Notes under the pieces: model-generated
The model's input: the letters and a program-made list of their open reading frames with translations, nothing else
What the model was told of the DNA's origin: nothing
Databases searched by the model: none
Part shown: positions 57,628-64,000 of the stretch, one piece after another
Position numbering within the stretch: position 1 is the first letter of the stretch
How the letters are laid out: each line of letters starts with the position of its first letter
Made by a program: the position numbers and the translations under genes
NCBI RefSeq assembly: GCF_009914755.1
Contig: NC_060931.1
Length of the DNA: 64,000 bases
DNA from: the human T2T-CHM13v2.0 reference genome, Homo sapiens
Direction: 5' to 3' (one strand)

Positions 57628-60600
57628 TAAGATAGCCACAAATTTGAATTGTACAATCCAAAAAATCTCTAGTTTACAGATTGATTTCAAAAGGCTTTGC
57701 CTATGTTAAAGCAAGCAGCAACAACAAAAAAGTGTGTCCAAATTTCCATGCTCAGGAAAATAAATGTCTTTAAACATTGAAACCATAATGATTCTAGTGG
57801 TCTTCAAACACTTTAATAAAAATGTATCCAACAGTTTTTTAAACCAACAAGACTTGACTCCACTATAATGTTTAGAATTGAAAGTTTCAATCTAGTTTCC
57901 TTCAGTGATATATATTCTTGAATTGTGAGGGTATCAGACAGAAGTAATTAGATGAGATGTGTTTTATGAACCATCAGTCAGAGTGGCAGCTTGAGACAGT
58001 AAAATTATTTATTTAGAAAGTTTTTGAGGTGTGACTTTTTTCTGAGCAAAACCCATTGAATGTATATACATATGTTCTGTCTTTGTCACAATTGATTCCT
58101 ATTTTGGTTTCAGAAGGTAGAACTTTGGGGTTTTTCTTTTTTTAGAAGGTAGAATCTCAGAGGAAAATATTTGGATAAGATAAAATTTCCCACCTTCACT
58201 TCCATTCTAATGAGAGGTAGTAATTAGGGAATAAGAGGGAACTGAGATGGATAAAATTTTATCTCCACTAGTTAGGGAAAAGGGGCAACACCTAAGGTTT
58301 TTTCTGCTTCTCTTTTATATGGATGGAATTACAGGAGCATTCGACTTTTCTACTGGCAGCAAAACAGAAGTAAACCTAAACCTCCTAGGGAGATGAAAGA
58401 CTAAATGGCCCTGCCATAATCATTTAAGTCTTTTGCAGTCACCCTAGGCCATGGCTTCAGCTCTATTGACTTACATTTCACTTCTTTCTGCTAAGGATAT
58501 AGTGAAAACAGTTCTATAAAAACTTTATTTTTACAATTCAAAAATTTGAATAATCATATATTTGAAGAATTCTTAGGACATATCCCAGGATCAGAATTCA
58601 CCTTATTTGCCATGGCTTTAAGAAGCTGGTTTTATTTCCTCAATACCTGGAAGTAGTAGGCCCAGCAGAAGGTTTTGTTTATGTGTTTGAAAATTAGGTT
58701 TTAAATAACATACTTCAGAGACACTTTGTTTGTACTTTACACTCACTCAAATAATCTAAGACTGTCTCATTTATTATAGATGGGTGAAAAACAGACTTGA
58801 TTTCCACAGGAAGCTGTTTCAAAGTTTTTTTTTTTTTTTTTTAACTTTGAGGAAGTTCCCTGAAGATACTCAAACTTTGGAAAGTTTGTTCCCAAGCAAA
58901 TTTTTCTCAAGCTCCATGTATGTTGTAAGGTTAAGCAGTGTTCTGATCTTAAATTTAGAAGATTGAATTCTCTTCTAATAAGAAAATTTACTAATGGTCA
59001 GTGTTGAGTATAGTTGGAAAGGGTGAGGACTTTTTTGAGTCATAGAGACTATATTCAAAAATCCCAACTTTAGAATTTATGAAGACAGGTTTGAACCCCT
59101 CTGAGACTCAGTTTTCTTATCTGCAAAATATGCATTATACTATGAACTATGTATATTTCAGTATGATTACATAAAATTTCATTTGCTACATAGCATCTGA
59201 TACGCTGTAGCACAGGTAGATAGTAAATATCAGTATACTTTCCTTTCCATGTTTCTATTCAATGATCATTTTAGCTTCTATAGTGGGGGTAATGTTTTTT
59301 TTTTTTTAATGGGAAAAGCACGACAAGTTTGAAATATTTAAGTTAATAGTGAGACAAGTAAACCTTACTACGTTTGTCAACAAGCAATTAGTATATTGCT
59401 AATTTCATTTGCATTCAAGAAAAAAATGCCCAAATCTAATTATCTTCAAGGTTACCAGTGAATGTGTATATATTTAATTATCATTCATGCCATATTGCAA
59501 TGAGGATGCATGTTATATACATGTTCCAGATGAGAAAATGAAGTGCTAATAAGATGGGTTGTTTGTTCAGGTTACAAAGCTAATAGAAATAGAGTTGGAA
59601 CTAGGACCCTAGCCTTCTCACCAATGGTCCAGTGCTTTGGTCCAGGGCTCATTGATGATCCAGTACATCACGCAGACAGGGAGGCCATCATTGTCCTTAT
59701 CTTCTCAATGGTTACCACAGTTTTTTCTATAGAAAATGTCAACTTTATGGATGTACATTACCTGTGTTCAATGACTTCATCTTTCCTTTTAAGGAAAGAT
59801 CATTGTCTTGTAGCAACGAGATGAGAAAGTCAGGAAAGCTTGACAATACCAGGTAATAGTTATATGTTTGTCCTGAGGCTCAAAATCCAGAGATCTCAAC
59901 AGAATTAGTGTGAATCTGAACAGAATGAAAATCTTAAAATCAATGTGGTGCACCATGTGCTAATTTTACCTTCCTAGAAGTACAGTTGCATTGTACATTG
60001 CTCTAAGGAAATGCTTTCAATGAAAATCCACATGGATTTGAAACAATGTATTCACAAAATTATGCAGAAAATCACTGCAAGATGCCTTTACATACAGTGT
60101 CTCATTCCATTAAGATAGTAACCTTTCCAAACTTCAGTTTCTGTGCATTTCAGGGTTGTGTCTTTTGTAAAAGTCACCTGGAATAAACAGTTTTTAAAAT
60201 AAAACTGCAAAAAATTATCATGGCTTCCAACTTTAGCAATAATTTTAATTCCTTGATGCTTTTAAATTTCCTAGCTGATGTTTATATTTGGAGCTGAATA
60301 TGTCATATTCATCTCTTCTCCATTACAGTACCCAGCACAATATCTGGGACAATACATATTTCTAAAATGTTATTTAACAAAGAAAATTGTATTTAACTCT
60401 CATAGCATCCCTGTGAAGTAAGGTAAACATTGTTATCTCCATTGTGCTGGGGTGGAAATGGAGATTTGCACCAGCACAGGAAAGTCTTGTCAGGGGCCTG
60501 CAGATGATCCTGCCTGCTGTTCTTTATCATCAGGACCAGCAATTTTTCTGTCTGCAATTTAAATTATTTTGGTCCCAAATTTGAGGATTTAAAGGGCAAT

Positions 60601-61125
60601 CTGGCCAAGTATTTAGTTAGTTATACAACAGAGAAAATTAGGTGAACACACCAGAATTTAACTAACCCTTGCTATTCACTACTGTTAATTAGAGTTTAAG
60701 GGTAGAAGACTTGGCAAGACATAGGTCATTTTCTGCATGGTATACTTATTTCTTCAATTAAATGTATGTTCTTCTCAGGCTGTGCCTTGGTGATTCCAAG
60801 ATTTTTTGCTCCAAAACAGTGTAACTATAGCCAAACAGATTTCCAATAAGAATGTGTATTCTTGAATCACTTCTATTGGACCCAAGCTATCTGAGATTCC
60901 TCAGATTTGGACTGAGAGGGACTTTTTACCCTGGTTTTCTTCAAATATGCTTCTACTGATTAGGGATGATGAGATTTCCACCTACTTCCTTTGAGGGTAG
61001 ATTGCCAGTTTTGAGGATTGAAATGCAGAAAGCGTTTTTTTGTGTTCATCAAAGTAACTGTGCCCATACAGAAGAAAAGATAGTGTGTTAGATGTAATTT
61101 CCACGCGTTTTGTTCATTTCATTAA

Positions 61126-61320
<195 letters not shown>

Positions 61321-61390
61321 TGAAAATTAAATGAGGAAATGCTATTTTCCCTTAAATTTGGAAAGGATTTTCTTAAAATTATAGAGAGGG

Positions 61391-62065
61391 AATCCAGCAA
61401 TCCTGCTACTGGATATCTATCCAAAGGAAATGAACTCCGTATGTTGAAGAGATATTTGTACTCTGATGTTAACTACAGCACTACACGCAATAGCCAAGAT
61501 ATAGAATCAAACTAAGTGTTCATCAGTGAATGGATAAAGAAAATGGGGGTGTATGTACACAATGGAATACTATTCAGCCACAAAAGAGAAAGAAATCCTG
61601 TTGTTTGTTATTTGTGACATAGATAGTCCTGGAGAATGTTAAGTGAAATAAGCCAGACACAAAAAGATAAAAACCCCATAATCTCACTCATGTGGGATCG
61701 AAAAAAGTTGATCTCACAGAAGTAGAGAGGGGTTACCAGTTTTATGCTCTCATAGAGAGTAGAATAGTAGTTATTAGAGGCCAGGGAGGGTAGGAAGGGA
61801 AGGAGGTGGCTAGAGATTGGTTATAGTTAGGTAGAAGAAAAAGTTCTGTTGTTCTATTAAAAAGTGGGATGACTATTGTTAACCAATATATATGTTTAAA
61901 TAGCTGGAAGAGAGGATTTTGAATGATCTCATCACAAAGAAATGTTAAATGTTTGAAGTGATAGGTATGCTAATTAGCCACATTTATTCATTACACAATG
62001 TATACATGTATCAAAATATTTCACATTATACCCCAGAATTATGTGTCAATTAAAATAAAACTTTA
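61391..62065 (+). mobile_element. L1MA 3' fragment
   Basis: AATCCAGCAATCC..CTACTGG...AATGGAATACTATTCAGCC...ATGTGTCAATTAAAATAAA. Confidence 0.87.
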
Positions 62066-62673
62066 AAAAAGATAGTAAAGTTGGAGAGAGTGTATGGAAA
62101 TCAGTATTCTCATAGTGCTGGTGGACGTATAAATTAGAACAACCTCTATTAAGGGGCCATTTAAAATCTAAGAAAAGCTTTAAAAGTTATTTTTATAGAT
62201 CAGAAATTTTACTTCTAAATGTTCATTTTAAGGAAATAATATATACAAAATTTAATTACATAAATTATCAACAAATTAAAAAAATAGAGTTCATTACTAT
62301 TGCAATAAGAGTGGACTGGACACACAAATTAAGCTAGAGTCATCAAATAAAATGTTATAAATCCATTCTTCTGTTGTGAAAGAATATTTATGACATGAAA
62401 ATTCTTTATGATCTATTGTTAAACCTAACTAACAATTGGCTACCTCACCGTGAAGCTCAGGAAAAATCAATGGTGACTTATATTTTTCCTCTTTGGCTTA
62501 TCTCTTTTTTCCCATTTTTTCATTCCAAAGAACATCTGAGCTTTTTGTTACAAGAAAAAAACTACTTCTAATTTTAAAAAGAAAAAAAGTGAAAAGAAGT
62601 ACCCACCTATATGTCAATAATATTTTTTTTTAGTTCAAAGTTGTTCTATTGTGAAACAGGATTTAGCCCAATA

Positions 62674-62829
62674 CAGTGGTTTTCAATGTGTGTCCCCCTC
62701 TCCCCAGAATCACCTGGGAAACCTAGCAATTCAGATCTACTCAGTCAGAATCTCTGGTGATGAGACCCAGCGATTTGTCTTTTAACAAGCCCTTCAGATG
62801 ATTCTGAGGCCAGAATTTGAGAATCACTG
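62674..62829. mobile_element. MER5A (hAT-Charlie non-autonomous element)
   Basis: TIRs CAGTGGTTTTCAA ... TTGAGAATCACTG; TTTAACAAGCCC..ATTCTGA. Confidence 0.8.
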
Positions 62830-63371
62830 GTTCAATAGAATGAATCAGTAGGTGCAGTGAAGAGCTGAGAGAAACTGCCTTTCTTTTGCCCACCAGTTTT
62901 TTCCTCTATAAATGAATGATTTAAGCACCCTGAGTGTTTTATTCATTCATTTGTTTCATAAATATGTATTAAGGAGTTTTTAAAATAAATATTTGGTTGA
63001 ATTAAAAATATAGAGTAAATATTACTGGAACCAACTGGATGGCACTCTTACAATTCTAATGATTTGGGAAATTATAGTCATAGGATATAAAAGCTATAAG
63101 GAACCTTGGCTGATCAACGTCAGGCAATAAATGGCATTTAGACCATTCATTTTCTCTCTTAATATTTTTCTATTTGAAATAATAATTCTTCTGAGCTCTG
63201 AATAAAATAACTTATTTTATTGTAGTTTACAGTTTGACTTAGAAGTGTTCACTAGTATAATAAAAGTTAAATGAAAAACATGTTTTATTAAGTTATCTAA
63301 TAGCTAAATGTATATTTTAACATTTTGATTAATGGTTTTTATTTTAAATTTACATTTCTTTTTTTTTTTAG

Positions 63372-63422
63372 CTGGAGTTCCACAAATTAAAAATGAAAAT
63401 AAAGAAATACATTGCAGTGATG
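63372..63422 (+). CDS. CPED1: CPED1 coding exon (exon 14, 51 nt): (A)GVPQIKNENKEIHCSD(D)
   Basis: Poly-T ag acceptor, ATG|gtgagt donor; phase 1-1. Confidence 0.93.
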
Positions 63423-64000
63423 GTGAGTTGAGATTAAAGTGTTGTAGCAGCATAATAAACAATTAGGGAACAGCCTTACTTTGAAAAAAAATGCATCATT
63501 TTATTATATGTGGGTATCTTACGCTGATAATTGTTAAAGTAAATTTTAGAAGTTATTAGATTTCCAATGGAGTCAGTATCTATCACTTTTGCATAAGAAC
63601 ATAAAATATTACATTTTTTTTGTTTAAGGACAATGACTTCCAAACCCACTTTGAAGGGCTTTAGGAGTTGTAGGGCATTGCCTTGGAAGCCTTTCAGATG
63701 TAAGAGCTTGGCTTATCAGCTTTATATACTGATCTTTAGGGGTCTCACTACCTGGCAGTGATTTCTTTCTCACCAGATTGTTGCTGTAATGGTTAGTACT
63801 TGAGTAGAATTTTCTTTGTAACAGTTGAGAGTTTTTAAGCCAATTTTCAATTTTTTTAATTCATTTTTTAACCAAGACATAATACGAGAAACGTAAGTAC
63901 TTTTAAGTTTGTATTAACTTTAAAAATGATTTTCTTCATTGTGGTCAGTATTATTATTACGATGGTCTTGCAAATATATCATCTTAGAGAGTCTAATTGA

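Overview
AT-rich primate (almost certainly human) genomic DNA lying entirely inside the + strand gene CPED1 (C7orf58, next to WNT16). Nine GT-AG coding exons (133, 169, 143, 73, 168, 105, 170, 71 and 51 nt; exons 6-14 by recalled numbering) splice into one open frame matching CPED1 residues ~206-566. The rest is intron, filled with Alus, L1/L2/MIR relics, MaLR/ERVL LTRs, a full-length Tigger2, hAT relics, microsatellites and a 3'-truncated 5S rRNA retropseudogene. Most interesting points: (1) the spliced peptide carries several tubulin-tyrosine-ligase-like (TTLL/ATP-grasp) motifs with the metal-binding E-x-N changed to Q-V-H; (2) a candidate alternative terminal exon at 4608; (3) an internal ATG upstream of an SV40-like PKKKR motif; (4) an L1PA ending ~30 nt from a coding splice acceptor; (5) a diverged ~250 bp local duplication with a near-identical core; (6) divergent CTCF-like sites; (7) an apparent non-reference Gly551 allele. 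Apart from three ORFs that overlap real exons and the Tigger2 transposase remnants, the supplied ORF track is spurious. I see no prokaryote-type system (CRISPR, operon). Repeat subfamily calls and boundaries are by eye and approximate.
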